Shown here: positions 28,144-38,114 of the stretch, one piece after another
Numbering within the stretch: the stretch's first letter is position 1
Layout of the letters: each line of letters begins with the position of its first letter
Assembly: GCA_037481835.1 (NCBI GenBank)
Contig: JBBFKW010000002.1
Location: 128,001-192,000, forward strand
Direction of reading: 5' to 3'
Origin: Desulfosoma sp.
Lineage (GTDB): Bacteria; Desulfobacterota; Syntrophobacteria; Syntrophobacterales; DSM-9756
DNA: 64,000 nt
Translations under genes and position numbers: made by a program
The notes under the pieces: generated by a model
What the model was told of the DNA's origin: nothing
Seen by the model: only the letters and a program-made list of their open reading frames with translations
Databases searched by the model: none

Positions 28144-29025
28144 ATGGCAAGATTCGGGGAATACTCCACAGAAGACGTGCTCAAAATGGTGGGCGAGATC
28201 CCCACCTTTTCCACCGCGGTCTCCCATCTCCTAAAACAGCTTCGGGACCCGGATTCGGGCCTGGAAGACATTGCAGCGACCATTTCCGGGGATCCCGGCC
28301 TGTGCGCCCTGGTCCTGCGCATGGCCAATTCCCCCCTGTACCGGCAGGGCTACTCGGCCCCGGCGACGCTCAGCATCCCCAGAGCCGTCCATCTCTTGGG
28401 CCGAAAGACCATGGAATCGGCCGTGCTGAGCTACGCCCTCAAGAGCATGGTGCACACCTCGTCGTTGGCGGAAAAGCTCCTCTGGGAGCATGCGGTGGCG
28501 TGCGCCGTGGTGGCCTCGGAAGTCGTCCGGATCATGGGGTCCAAAAACCTGGACACGGCCTATGTGTGCGGACTCCTCCACGATGTGGGCAAAACCGTCT
28601 TGTGCCGGCGCTTCCCGGACGCCATGCACTCCATCCTCGAAGATCAATATAACGAGTCCTCCGAGGAAGACTCCTGGCCCTCCTCGGTGTCCTTGGAAAA
28701 AGAACGCCTGGGGATCGACCACTGCCACGTGGGCGCGGTGTGCCTCAATGTGTGGCAGTGCGGCGAAGAAGCTGCCATCGCGTGCGCCTATCACCACCGG
28801 CCTAAAGACGCCGCGGGAAGATCCGTGTGGCCTGCGGTGATCCGCGTGGCGGACATCCTCTGCCATAAGCTGGAATATGGCCCCATCCGCCGCCCCGCCA
28901 TGGACCTCAAACCCGTGGAGAAGGCTTTGCGGATCGAAACCTCCGAAATGACGGCTTTGCTCGCGGCGTGGCGAAAAAAGATCCAAGAGACCCTGCTCGC
29001 CTTTTCCGAAAACACTGCCGGTTAG
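28144..29025 (+). CDS. HDOD-domain protein
   Basis: IPTF, DPGL..VLRMANS, WEHA, GLLHDVGK, DHCHVG, YHH. Confidence 0.9.
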   Translation: MARFGEYSTEDVLKMVGEIPTFSTAVSHLLKQLRDPDSGLEDIAATISGDPGLCALVLRMANSPLYRQGYSAPATLSIPRAVHLLGRKTMESAVLSYALKSMVHTSSLAEKLLWEHAVACAVVASEVVRIMGSKNLDTAYVCGLLHDVGKTVLCRRFPDAMHSILEDQYNESSEEDSWPSSVSLEKERLGIDHCHVGAVCLNVWQCGEEAAIACAYHHRPKDAAGRSVWPAVIRVADILCHKLEYGPIRRPAMDLKPVEKALRIETSEMTALLAAWRKKIQETLLAFSENTAG

Positions 29026-29053
29026 GTCCCTTCGATGGGGGGTGCCCCCAAAG

Positions 29054-29077
29054 AAAAAGGGCCCTTTCGGGCCCTTT
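29054..29077. terminator. Bidirectional intrinsic terminator
   Basis: AAAAAGGGCCC-TTTC-GGGCCCTTT between the convergent HDOD gene and tRNA-Gly. Confidence 0.75.
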
Positions 29078-29087
29078 CCATGCGGGG

Positions 29088-29164
29088 TGGAGCGGGAGAC
29101 GGGCTTCGAACCCGCGACCCTCAGCTTGGAAGGCTGATGCTCTAGCCAGCTGAGCTACTCCCGC
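29088..29164 (-). tRNA. tRNA-Gly(TCC)
   Basis: GCGGGAG acceptor, TCAGC-CT-TCC-AA-GCTGA anticodon arm, GTTCGAA, CCA. Confidence 0.96.
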
Positions 29165-29331
29165 GTGAAATCAAGGCTTTCATAACACACGATCCCGCCG
29201 TTTTTCAACGATAATTTTGCCTTGCTTTTTCAGGCGGAACGTGGGATTCGATGAGACGAAACATTTTTTGTCAAAAAGGGTCCGATTCATGGGTGCGCCG
29301 GTGTGTCTTCAAAGATGTGTGAGGAGGTCCC

Positions 29332-30333
29332 ATGGAGAAACACTATCGAGATGTGATCGAACAGGTGAACATGTTGGAAGTGTTCAAGGCCCGTCGCATC
29401 GTGCAGCGGGTGCTGCCCAGGACCCCTTTGGCCCGGTACGAAAGATTGTGCGGAGAGTTGGGGGCGGATGTCTACATCAAGCATGAAAACCATCTGCCCA
29501 CCAATTCCTTCAAAGTCCGCGGCGCCGCGAATTTCATGGCCAATGTGACGCCGGAAATCGAGCGCACGGGGATCGTGGTGGCGACCCGAGGCAACCACGG
29601 CATGGCGGTGGCATGGGCGGCTCGGGAAAAAGGGATCTTTTGCAACGTGGTGGTCCCGGAAAGCAACGACCCGGAAATGAATGCGGCAATTGTCTCCTAC
29701 GGGGCCCAGCTCATCGTCAAGGGCGCGGACTTTTACGAAGCGCAGGACTACTGTGAAGAATTGGCGGAGAGCGCCGGCTATTATTATCTACGCCAAGGCA
29801 ACGAGCCCCATCTCATTACGGGCATTGCCGTGATGGGCGTGGAAATCTTCGAGGAACTCCCCGAAGTGGACGTCATCCTCATGCCCATCGGCGGGGGGAC
29901 GGGCTGCGCCGCCTTGGCTGCGGTCATCCAAGGAATCAACCCCAAGGTGGAACTCATCGGCGTCCAGGCGCACAACATCCCCTCCTTTTACGAATCGTGG
30001 AAGCAGAAGAAAAAGGTGACCGTCCCCCTGGCGGAAACCGTGGCTGATGGATTGGCGGCCCGGTCGGTTTTCGAGGTCCCGTTCCTCCTTTTGAAGGACG
30101 TGGTGAGCGATGTTGTCTTGCTGAGCGAGGATGAGCTGGTAGACGGGGTGCGGCTGGCGCTGCGCTATACCCACAATCTGGCGGAGGTGGCCGGGGCGGC
30201 GGCCCTGGCGGCGGCCTTCAAGATCCGGGAGCGTTTGGCCGGAAAGAAGGTGGTCGCGGTCATGACGGGCGGGAACATGACCTACGGGAAACTGGCCAGA
30301 ATCTTTGCCGAAGCGCCGGCTGCAGGCTGTTAG
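29332..30333 (+). CDS. PLP-dependent threonine/serine dehydratase family protein (no ACT domain)
   Basis: KHEN..TNSFKVRGA, TRGNHG, PIGGG, TVADGLA, TGGN; RBS GAGGAGG. Confidence 0.88.
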   Translation: MEKHYRDVIEQVNMLEVFKARRIVQRVLPRTPLARYERLCGELGADVYIKHENHLPTNSFKVRGAANFMANVTPEIERTGIVVATRGNHGMAVAWAAREKGIFCNVVVPESNDPEMNAAIVSYGAQLIVKGADFYEAQDYCEELAESAGYYYLRQGNEPHLITGIAVMGVEIFEELPEVDVILMPIGGGTGCAALAAVIQGINPKVELIGVQAHNIPSFYESWKQKKKVTVPLAETVADGLAARSVFEVPFLLLKDVVSDVVLLSEDELVDGVRLALRYTHNLAEVAGAAALAAAFKIRERLAGKKVVAVMTGGNMTYGKLARIFAEAPAAGC

Positions 30334-30466
30334 ACCGGGCGCCGGGCAGAGCGCCCTGCTGCGGCCGCGGCCCTGGTGCCCCTTCGGTTTGCCGCTCCGG
30401 CGTGCAGGCCTGACGTTGGGGGTTTTGCCGTCGGAAGAAGCTGCCGCTGGTTCCTTCGGCGGCGTC

Positions 30467-31021
30467 TCACGCCGCCGAGCGGCATTCCAGGACGACCTTG
30501 TCGGCGCCGTCTTTTTCTTCCAGGTACACGTTAACCTGCTCTTCGGGGCGTGTCTTCAGTTCCAACCCCACGAAATGGGCGCAGATGGGCAGTTCTCGAT
30601 GCCCGCGATCGACCAGGGCGGCGACGCGCACCCTGCGCGGCCGGCCGTAATCCATCAGGGCGTCCAGGGCGGCGCGGATGGTACGCCCGGTAAAGAGCAC
30701 ATCATCCACGAGGACGATGTCCTTATCGTCCACGGCGAAAGGAAGCACGGTGGCACGCACCTTGGGCTGGATGTGGAGACGCGACCAATCGTCGCGATAG
30801 AGGTTGATATCCAGGGTGCCGATGGGCACGTGAAGCCCGTAATCCTTTTCGAGGATCCGGCCGAGGCGCCGGGCCAGGAAAACCCCGCCCGTGTGGATCC
30901 CCACCAGAGCCAGCGCGGAGGGGTCGTCGGCTTCATGGACGATTTCCCGGGCGATGCGCTCCAGAGCCCGTCCCATGGCATCGCTTTCCATGACCACGTG
31001 ATCGAGTGCTTTTGCATCCAT
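30467..31021 (-). CDS. pyrR: Pyrimidine regulatory protein / uracil phosphoribosyltransferase PyrR
   Basis: RIAREI, LDINLYRDD, LVDDVLFTGRTIRAA, DRGHRELPI. Confidence 0.95.
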   Translation of the reverse strand: MDAKALDHVVMESDAMGRALERIAREIVHEADDPSALALVGIHTGGVFLARRLGRILEKDYGLHVPIGTLDINLYRDDWSRLHIQPKVRATVLPFAVDDKDIVLVDDVLFTGRTIRAALDALMDYGRPRRVRVAALVDRGHRELPICAHFVGLELKTRPEEQVNVYLEEKDGADKVVLECRSAA

Positions 31022-31046
31022 GGTGCCACCTACCGTGTCGTCGAGG

Positions 31047-31115
31047 AAAAGGAAAAGGGCGCCTCCGCGGGCACCCTGTCAAGCATACCCTAGGAAACCT
31101 CGTGTGGATTGTCAA
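31047..31115 (-). promoter_or_regulatory. pyrR promoter and leader hairpin with U-tract
   Basis: Minus strand TTGACA-N17-TAGGGT followed by GGGTGCC-loop-GGCGCCC-TTTTCCTTTT. Confidence 0.5.
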
Positions 31116-31262
31116 TCTTTTCAAAGGTACGCCCTGCCGTTCTTCGCCTCTTCTTGACGAAAGAAGGAGACCTTTGGTAAGGGGGGCCGGAACGGCGGGA
31201 AAGTCCCGCTGACGATGGGCCCACGGGCGCCGAAGCACGGCCGCCGGCAAAGGAGATTTCGC

Positions 31263-31949
31263 ATGGGTGCAAAGAAGATCAAGGTCCGCAAGAAAGACAC
31301 GGACAAAGCCGAGGAGATTTTGAGCCTGACCGATCGCGTCCTGGAATGGGGCCGAAAGCACCTGACCGTCCTTCTCGGCACGGTGGCGGGGCTTCTTTTG
31401 GTCATGGTGGTCTCGTGGGCCTACGGGGCCTATTCGGACATGAAGGAACGCAAAGCGCAGCGGGAACTGGCGGTCCTTTGGAAAGAAACAGAGGGGCTGG
31501 ATCGGAAGAACGCTGTAGCGCTGGAGGAGCATCTGAGCCGGATGAAGGCCGTTGTGGAAGGCCACAAAGGCACCGCCGCGGCGGCAGGGGCGGCCGCCAC
31601 CTTGGCGCGGCTCCTTTTCGATGCCGGTCGGTATGAGGAAGCCTTGTCGTGGTACGATCGGGCCCTCAAGGAATTCCCCAAGAATGCAGCGGCCGACGTG
31701 GTGCTCGATTACGGGCGGCTCATGTGCCTGGAATCCCTGGGCCGCGTGGAAGAGGCTTTGGCGGGCTGGGCCGCCTTGGCCGAAAAAGTGGACGGGGCCC
31801 TCAAAAGGGAATGCCTGTGGCATCAGGCGCGGCTGGCGTCCGCCAAAGGGGATCGGGACAAGGCCGTGACCCTGTACGAGGCGGCTTTGGCCGTCAAAGG
31901 CTTCTATCCGGAAGACGGCTTTCTCAGGGCGGAAAAAAGCCGGCTCTGA
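31263..31949 (+). CDS. YfgM-like membrane-anchored TPR protein
   Basis: Basic N-terminus, one TM helix, TPR-like helices (YEEALSWYDRAL, AVTLYEAAL); RBS AAGGAG. Confidence 0.8.
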   Translation: MGAKKIKVRKKDTDKAEEILSLTDRVLEWGRKHLTVLLGTVAGLLLVMVVSWAYGAYSDMKERKAQRELAVLWKETEGLDRKNAVALEEHLSRMKAVVEGHKGTAAAAGAAATLARLLFDAGRYEEALSWYDRALKEFPKNAAADVVLDYGRLMCLESLGRVEEALAGWAALAEKVDGALKRECLWHQARLASAKGDRDKAVTLYEAALAVKGFYPEDGFLRAEKSRL

Positions 31950-32132
31950 AAACGCTTTCATCCTCGCAGGGCTGCGGCGCAAACCGGTATTTCGGGGGCG
32001 CATCCCATGCCGTTCGCGAAGCATCGCGGCTTTTGGCTTGACAGGGATCGTGGCCTTGGGTAAGGAACCGTTCTGAACACAGGATACGGCCACGATCCGG
32101 GAATTGGAGCTCACTCAAAAAGCGGCGCGGCG

Positions 32133-32219
32133 ATGATGACGCGGTTCTTTCGTTTCTACTTTATCGGCGAAAAGGGGGGCTTCTTTTTTAGGAAGTCTAC
32201 CCATGGCCGAGCGGGGTAG
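32133..32219 (+). CDS. Putative Phe-rich leader peptide (MMTRFFRFYFIGEKGGFFFRKSTHGRAG)
   Basis: 7 Phe + 1 Tyr in 28 codons, downstream of TTGACA-N17-TAAGGA (32038-32066) and overlapping alternative hairpins; RBS is weak. Confidence 0.7.
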   Translation: MMTRFFRFYFIGEKGGFFFRKSTHGRAG

Positions 32220-32346
32220 GCGAAAGGAGCCGGTCGCACAGCCCCGCTCAAGCGGGATAACCAGCCATGGGTAGACGAGATCGGAACCCATGGCTTTTCG
32301 TTTTTAGAGGCCGTGGGTTCGTGGAACCGACGGCCTTTGCGTTTTT
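32195..32346 (+). promoter_or_regulatory. Transcription attenuator (alternative hairpins plus terminator) upstream of paaK
   Basis: Segments 32195-32207, 32263-32276, 32284-32295, 32308-32320 and 32324-32336 pair alternately; last hairpin is followed by TTGCGTTTTT. Confidence 0.7.
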
Positions 32347-32400
32347 GGCGGACACACTCCCCCAAACTACGGCTCCCTCACACAAAGGAGGAACGATGCG

Positions 32401-33702
32401 ATGATCTACGACATGGAATATGAAACCCTACCCCGCGAGGCCCTGGAGGCCATTCAACTCAGAAGACTCCAGAACACGCTCCAACGCGTCTATGCCACGG
32501 TTCCCTTTTACAGGAAACGGTTCGACGAAGTGGGGTTCAAACCCTCGGAACTGAAATCCCTTGACGATTTGCGGCGCGTGCCGTTCACCACCAAGCAGGA
32601 TCTTCGGGACAACTACCCTTTCGGGCTTTTTGCCGTGCCCATGGAAAACGTGGTCCGCATTCACGCCTCGTCGGGTACCACCGGTAAACCCACGGTGGTT
32701 GGCTACACGGCCCGGGACATCGAGACCTGGGCGACTCTCATGGCCCGGTCCCTTTCCGCCGCCGGAGCCACTCGAGGCGACATCATCCATAACGCCTACG
32801 GGTACGGTTTGTTCACGGGGGGGTTGGGCGTCCACTACGGTGCGGAAAAGCTGGGCGCCTCGGTCATTCCCATCTCCGGGGGAAACACCAAGCGGCAGAT
32901 CATGATCATGAAGGATTTCGGCGCCACGATCCTCACCTGCACACCGTCCTACGCCCTGCACTTGGCGGAAGTTGCCCAGGAGATGGGGGTGGAGTTCAAG
33001 GACCTGAAATTTAAGGCGGGTCTTTTTGGAGCCGAGCCTTGGTCCGAGAGGATGCGGGAGGAGATCGAAAGGAAGCTTCATTTGGACGCCGTGGACATTT
33101 ACGGGCTGAGTGAAGTCATCGGGCCCGGCGTTGCGGTGGAGTGCCTGGAAGCCAAAGCGGGACTCCATATCTTCGAAGATCATTTCATTGCCGAAATCAT
33201 CGATCCGGCAACGGGAGAAGTTTTGCCTCCGGGATCCGTGGGCGAACTCGTCTTCACCTCCATCACCAAGGAAGCCTTTCCCGTCATCCGTTACCGCACG
33301 CGGGACATCACGAGCCTGAACCCCGAACCGTGCGTGTGCGGCCGGACCTTCGTGCGCATGAACCGCGTGAGCGGCCGAAGCGACGACATGCTCATCATCC
33401 GGGGCGTCAACGTGTTCCCGTCCCAGATCGAAAGCGTTCTCATGGAGATTCAAGGGGTCGAGCCCCACTACCAGCTCATCGTGGACCGGGAAGGGAACCT
33501 GGATATGCTCACGGTCCTTGTGGAAGTCGGGGAATCGGCCTTTTCCGACAAGGTGAAGACCCTCCAAGACCTTGAAAAGGTGATCACCAAGAACATCAAG
33601 GAATACCTTGGAATTTCGGCCAAGGTGAAACTGGTGGAACCCAAGACGATCGCCCGCAGCGAAGGCAAAGCGGTTCGGGTGATCGATAACAGAAAACTTT
33701 AA
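32401..33702 (+). CDS. paaK: Phenylacetate-CoA ligase
   Basis: [56 protein letters not shown]. Confidence 0.93.
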   Translation: MIYDMEYETLPREALEAIQLRRLQNTLQRVYATVPFYRKRFDEVGFKPSELKSLDDLRRVPFTTKQDLRDNYPFGLFAVPMENVVRIHASSGTTGKPTVVGYTARDIETWATLMARSLSAAGATRGDIIHNAYGYGLFTGGLGVHYGAEKLGASVIPISGGNTKRQIMIMKDFGATILTCTPSYALHLAEVAQEMGVEFKDLKFKAGLFGAEPWSERMREEIERKLHLDAVDIYGLSEVIGPGVAVECLEAKAGLHIFEDHFIAEIIDPATGEVLPPGSVGELVFTSITKEAFPVIRYRTRDITSLNPEPCVCGRTFVRMNRVSGRSDDMLIIRGVNVFPSQIESVLMEIQGVEPHYQLIVDREGNLDMLTVLVEVGESAFSDKVKTLQDLEKVITKNIKEYLGISAKVKLVEPKTIARSEGKAVRVIDNRKL

Positions 33703-33733
33703 CGCGGGCTTCGCACAAGAAAGGAGGCCGAGG

Positions 33734-34165
33734 ATGCGCGTGGAACAGATTTCGGTCTTTTTGGAAAACAAGGCGGGACGTCTCGCCGAAGTGACCCGGG
33801 TCTTGTCGGAAGCGGGGGTGAACATCCGAGCCTTGTCCCTTGCCGACACGTCGGATTTCGGGATTCTACGCCTCATCGTCAACGATAACGAAAAGGCCAA
33901 GGAGGCCCTCAAGGCCAACGGCTTTACAGTCGGAAAGACCGACGTCGTGGCGGTGGAAGTGGAAGACCGCCCCGGGGGGCTCCACAAGATTCTGGACATC
34001 CTCCGAAAGGCCGGCATCAACGTGGAGTACATGTACGCCTTCGTGCAGCAGAGCGGGAACAACGCCGTGATCATCTTCCGATTCGACAACTTGGACGAGG
34101 CGGTCCGCGTTCTTACGGAAAACGGCGTGACGGTCATCAACGGAAGCCGGGTTTACAGCATGTAG
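33734..34165 (+). CDS. Tandem ACT-domain protein
   Basis: [41 protein letters not shown]. Confidence 0.9.
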   Translation: MRVEQISVFLENKAGRLAEVTRVLSEAGVNIRALSLADTSDFGILRLIVNDNEKAKEALKANGFTVGKTDVVAVEVEDRPGGLHKILDILRKAGINVEYMYAFVQQSGNNAVIIFRFDNLDEAVRVLTENGVTVINGSRVYSM

Positions 34166-34257
34166 CGGGTGGCTCCGGCGGGCCGGATGCCGCTCGGTCA
34201 CGGCACCGGGGCGGCCCGCCGGATGGATGAACATGGACCAAGACAGGAGGAAGGGCG

Positions 34258-35418
34258 ATGGAAAGAAGGGCAAGACCGTGGATCTTCTGGATGGCGGCCG
34301 TGGCGGCGGTTCTGGGACTTGTGGTCGGGCCGAAGGCGGCTTTCAGCGCCGAGCCTTACAAGATCGGAGGCGTTTTTTCCATCACCGGCTCTTCCTCTTT
34401 TCTCGGGGATCCCGAGAAGAAAAGCCTGGAGATGGCCGTCGATGAGATCAACGCCCAGGGGGGGATCGACGGCCGGCCGTTGGAGGCCGTCGTCTACGAC
34501 ACGGAAGGGGATCCCACGAAAGCCGTGCTGGCGGTCAACAAGCTGATCAGCAAGGATAACGTCGTGGCCATTATCGGGCCCAGCCTGACCCCCACGACCT
34601 TGGCGGTCATGCCCATTGTGGAGCGGGTCCAGATGCCGCTCATCAGCTGTGCGGCCGGGATCCAAATCGTGGAACCCGTCAAGCCCTACGTTTTCAAGAC
34701 GGCCCAGAGCGACGTCCTGGCTGTGGCCGCCATCTACAAGCACATGCAGAAGCACGGCATCAAGAAAATCGGGATTCTCACGGTGACCAACGCCTTCGGG
34801 GTGAGCGGTCGGGATCAGCTGGTCAAGCAGGCCCCGGATTACGGCATTCAGATCGTCAAGGAAGAGGCCTACGGGGCCGGCGACACGGACATGACGGCGC
34901 AATTGACGAAGATCAAAGGGGAAAATCCCGATGCCGTCGTGTGCTGGGGGACCAATCCGGGGCCGGCCGTGGTGGCCAAGAACATGCGCCAGTTGGGCTT
35001 TAACGCACCCCTGTACCAAAGCCACGGGGTCGCCTCGCCCAAGTTCATCGAACTGGCGGGGGAAGCGGCTGAAGGCATTCGGCTTCCCACGGGAAAGATT
35101 CTCGTGGCGGACCTTTTGCCCGACATGGACCCCCAGAAGGCCGTCCTGAAAAAATACATTGTCGACTTTAACCAGCGCTACGGCGGCGGGGTTTCGGGCT
35201 TCGGCGGTTACGCCTACGACGCCATGCACATCCTTGCCAAGGCGCTCAAGGGAACCGGCGGCGATAAGGCCAAGATTCGGGACAACCTGGAAAAGATCGC
35301 CAACCATGTGGGTATCAGCGGAATTTTCACCATGACGGCCAAGGACCACAACGGTTTGGGGCCCGAGGCTTTCGTCATGGTGGAAATCCGAAACGGCACG
35401 TGGAAACTGCTGGACTAG
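34258..35418 (+). CDS. Liv-type ABC transporter substrate-binding protein
   Basis: Signal peptide; YKIGGVFSITG, INAQGGIDG, IIGP. Confidence 0.9.
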   Translation: MERRARPWIFWMAAVAAVLGLVVGPKAAFSAEPYKIGGVFSITGSSSFLGDPEKKSLEMAVDEINAQGGIDGRPLEAVVYDTEGDPTKAVLAVNKLISKDNVVAIIGPSLTPTTLAVMPIVERVQMPLISCAAGIQIVEPVKPYVFKTAQSDVLAVAAIYKHMQKHGIKKIGILTVTNAFGVSGRDQLVKQAPDYGIQIVKEEAYGAGDTDMTAQLTKIKGENPDAVVCWGTNPGPAVVAKNMRQLGFNAPLYQSHGVASPKFIELAGEAAEGIRLPTGKILVADLLPDMDPQKAVLKKYIVDFNQRYGGGVSGFGGYAYDAMHILAKALKGTGGDKAKIRDNLEKIANHVGISGIFTMTAKDHNGLGPEAFVMVEIRNGTWKLLD

Positions 35419-35436
35419 AGGGGATAGGCCGTCTTC

Positions 35437-36315
35437 ATGAGCGAATTCCTGCAGTTTCTCCTCACGGGGATCACCACCGGGGCGATCTACGGCCTGATCG
35501 CCCTGGGGTTCAACGTGCTCTACAACGCCACGGATTTGATCAACTTCGCCCAGGGCGAATTCGTCATGCTGGGCGGCCTGTGCTTCTATTCGCTGGGGTC
35601 GGCTCTTGGATGGCCTGCGGCCGCGGCTTTCGCCGCCGCCGTCTGCATCGTCTCCCTGTTGGGGCTGCTGCTGGAAAGGGTGGCGCTGCGCCCGGTCAAG
35701 AAACCGGAACCTCTCACCCTCATCATCATCACCGTGGGAGCGAGCATTTTCCTTCGGGGTGTGGCCATGCGGCTGTGGGGCAAGGACCCGTACAGCGTCC
35801 CGGGGCTCACGGCGTCCGTGGAGCCCGTTCGGATCTGGGGCGCGGCGCTCATGCCCCAGAGCTTGTGGATCGTGGGCATCGTTGTCGCTTTCATGACGGG
35901 TTTGCACCTTTTCGGCAAACGCACCTTGACCGGCAAGGCCATGGAGGCCTGTGCCATTCACCGCAACGCCGCCTGGATCCTGGGCATTCCCAGCGATCGC
36001 ATGGTGCTTTTGGCCTTCGCCTTGAGCGCCGGGCTGGGGGCTGTGGGGGGGGTGATCATCGCCCCCATTACCATGTGCAGCTACGATATGGGCACCATGC
36101 TGGGCCTGAAGGGCTTTTGCGCGGCCATGTTGGGAGGCTTGGGCAGCCACTGGGGGGCGGCGCTGGGCGGCGTGCTCCTCGGTGTGCTGGAATCCCTCGG
36201 GGTGGGCTATTTTTCCTCCGGCATCAAGGACGCCGTCGCCTTTCTCGTGCTCCTGGTGATCCTCATCGTGCGACCCGCCGGCCTTCTCGGGGCCTCTGCG
36301 GTGAAGCGTTTTTAG
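35437..36315 (+). CDS. Liv-type ABC transporter permease (LivH-like)
   Basis: GAIYGLIALG, INFAQGEF, LGGLGS, RPAGLLG. Confidence 0.92.
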   Translation: MSEFLQFLLTGITTGAIYGLIALGFNVLYNATDLINFAQGEFVMLGGLCFYSLGSALGWPAAAAFAAAVCIVSLLGLLLERVALRPVKKPEPLTLIIITVGASIFLRGVAMRLWGKDPYSVPGLTASVEPVRIWGAALMPQSLWIVGIVVAFMTGLHLFGKRTLTGKAMEACAIHRNAAWILGIPSDRMVLLAFALSAGLGAVGGVIIAPITMCSYDMGTMLGLKGFCAAMLGGLGSHWGAALGGVLLGVLESLGVGYFSSGIKDAVAFLVLLVILIVRPAGLLGASAVKRF

Positions 36316-36334
36316 GCGGGGGAAAGGAGGGGCG

Positions 36335-37291
36335 GTGGGTTCTCGACAGAGGCTGTACGGGACTGCGATTTTTTCCCTGGGAATGGCGGCGCTCGGCGTG
36401 GCGGTGTCCAACCCCTATGAACAGCAGTTGCTGACCATTATCGGCATCCACACCCTGTTGGCTCTGGGCCTGAACATGCTCATGGGCTATGCGGGCCAGA
36501 TTTCCCTGGGCCATGCCGCCTTTTTCGGCCTGGGCGCCTACGGCACGGGCATTCTCACCACCCACTTTCAATGGTCCCCGTGGGCGTCTTTGCCCGCCGT
36601 GCTCGTATTCGCCGCCCTCTCGGGCTACCTCATCGGCCGTCCCATCCTTCGCCTTTCGGGGTATTACCTGGCCATGGGGACCCTCGGCCTGGGCATCATC
36701 GTCCATGTCCTCTTTCGAGAATGGGACACGTTCACCGGCGGGGCTTCGGGCCTGGTGGGCATTCCTCCCCTGAGCGTGGGGCGACTGATCGTGGGGCTCG
36801 GGCGAAGCGGCTTCTTCGCGGTGTGGGCGACCGTGGTCCTGTTTTTCGTCCTCTGCGGCCGAGTGGTGGATTCGCGCATCGGCCGCGCCCTGCGCGCCTT
36901 GGGGGACAGCCAGGGCGCTGCGGCCGCTTCCGGCATCCATACCGCCCATCTCAAGGCGGCCATTTTTTCCTTCAGCGCCGTCATGGCGGCACTGGCCGGG
37001 TACCTCTACGCCCATCTTCTGGGATTTATCAGCCCCAGTTCTTTCGATTTTCTCATGTCCATCCGCATGGTCACCATGGTGGTCATCGGCGGTATGGCCA
37101 GCATTTGGGGTTCCCTTCTCGGCGCCTCGGTCATCACTCTCCTCCCCGAATGGCTCCACGTATTTTCCGATTACGAAATGATGGTCTACGGATTGATCCT
37201 CATGGGAGTCATGATTTTTCTGCCCCAGGGGCTCACGCGAGGGGTCCTGGATGCCCTCCAGCGCGCCCGGGCGCGAACGGCTTCTTCGTAG
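36335..37291 (+). CDS. Liv-type ABC transporter permease (LivM-like)
   Basis: GYAGQISLGHAAF, RLSGYYLA, TGGASG, FLPQGL. Confidence 0.92.
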   Translation: MGSRQRLYGTAIFSLGMAALGVAVSNPYEQQLLTIIGIHTLLALGLNMLMGYAGQISLGHAAFFGLGAYGTGILTTHFQWSPWASLPAVLVFAALSGYLIGRPILRLSGYYLAMGTLGLGIIVHVLFREWDTFTGGASGLVGIPPLSVGRLIVGLGRSGFFAVWATVVLFFVLCGRVVDSRIGRALRALGDSQGAAAASGIHTAHLKAAIFSFSAVMAALAGYLYAHLLGFISPSSFDFLMSIRMVTMVVIGGMASIWGSLLGASVITLLPEWLHVFSDYEMMVYGLILMGVMIFLPQGLTRGVLDALQRARARTASS

Positions 37292-37318
37292 AAGCGAAGG
37301 GGGAAGGAGACAAGGTTT

Positions 37319-38092
37319 TTGAGCGGCCTCAACCCATTTCTGACCATCGACGGCGTCTCCAAGGCCTTCGGGGGCATCCAAGCCCTCTATCAGGTCTCCT
37401 TCGCAGTGCAGGCGCGGCACATCCATGCCCTGATCGGCCCCAACGGGGCGGGAAAGACGACTCTTTTCAACGTGATCTCAGGGGCCTTCGCGCCCGATGA
37501 GGGTTCCATCCGGCTGGACGGCAAAGACATTCAGGGGCGTCCCATGCATGAGCTCGTGCGGCGAGGCATCGCGCGCACCTTCCAGAACGTGGAGCTTTTC
37601 GGGAGCATGAGCGTTTTGGAAAACGTTCTTGTGGGATGCCACACTCGCACACGTTGTGGGCTCATCGGGGCCATGGTGCGATGGCCGTGGGTTTCCCGCG
37701 AGGAACGCTGGGCTCGAGAACGCGCCATGGAACTCCTAAACATGGTGGGCCTTGCAGACTCGGCCATGAAAAGAGCCGTGGACCTTCCCTTCGGGTGGCA
37801 GCGCCTTGTGGAAATCGCCCGGGCCTTGGCCGGCGATCCCAAGCTCTTGCTTCTGGACGAGCCCGCTGCGGGACTCAATGCCGTGGAAACCGAAAGGCTG
37901 TCCCGGCTCATTCAAGAGATTCAAGCCCTTGGCGTTACGGTCCTCCTGGTCGAACACGACATGAACCTCACCATGGACATTTCCGACCGCATCGTGGTCC
38001 TGGACCGCGGCCGAAAGCTTGCGGAAGGAACGCCTCGGGAAATCCAATCCAGCGACGCGGTCATGGAAGCCTACTTGGGAAAGAAACACTGA
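37319..38092 (+). CDS. Liv-type ABC transporter ATPase (LivG-like)
   Basis: GPNGAGKT, RTFQN, LLLDEPAAG, VEHDM. Confidence 0.92.
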   Translation: MSGLNPFLTIDGVSKAFGGIQALYQVSFAVQARHIHALIGPNGAGKTTLFNVISGAFAPDEGSIRLDGKDIQGRPMHELVRRGIARTFQNVELFGSMSVLENVLVGCHTRTRCGLIGAMVRWPWVSREERWARERAMELLNMVGLADSAMKRAVDLPFGWQRLVEIARALAGDPKLLLLDEPAAGLNAVETERLSRLIQEIQALGVTVLLVEHDMNLTMDISDRIVVLDRGRKLAEGTPREIQSSDAVMEAYLGKKH

Positions 38093-38114
38093 GAGGGGAG
38101 GGGTCCGCCGACCC

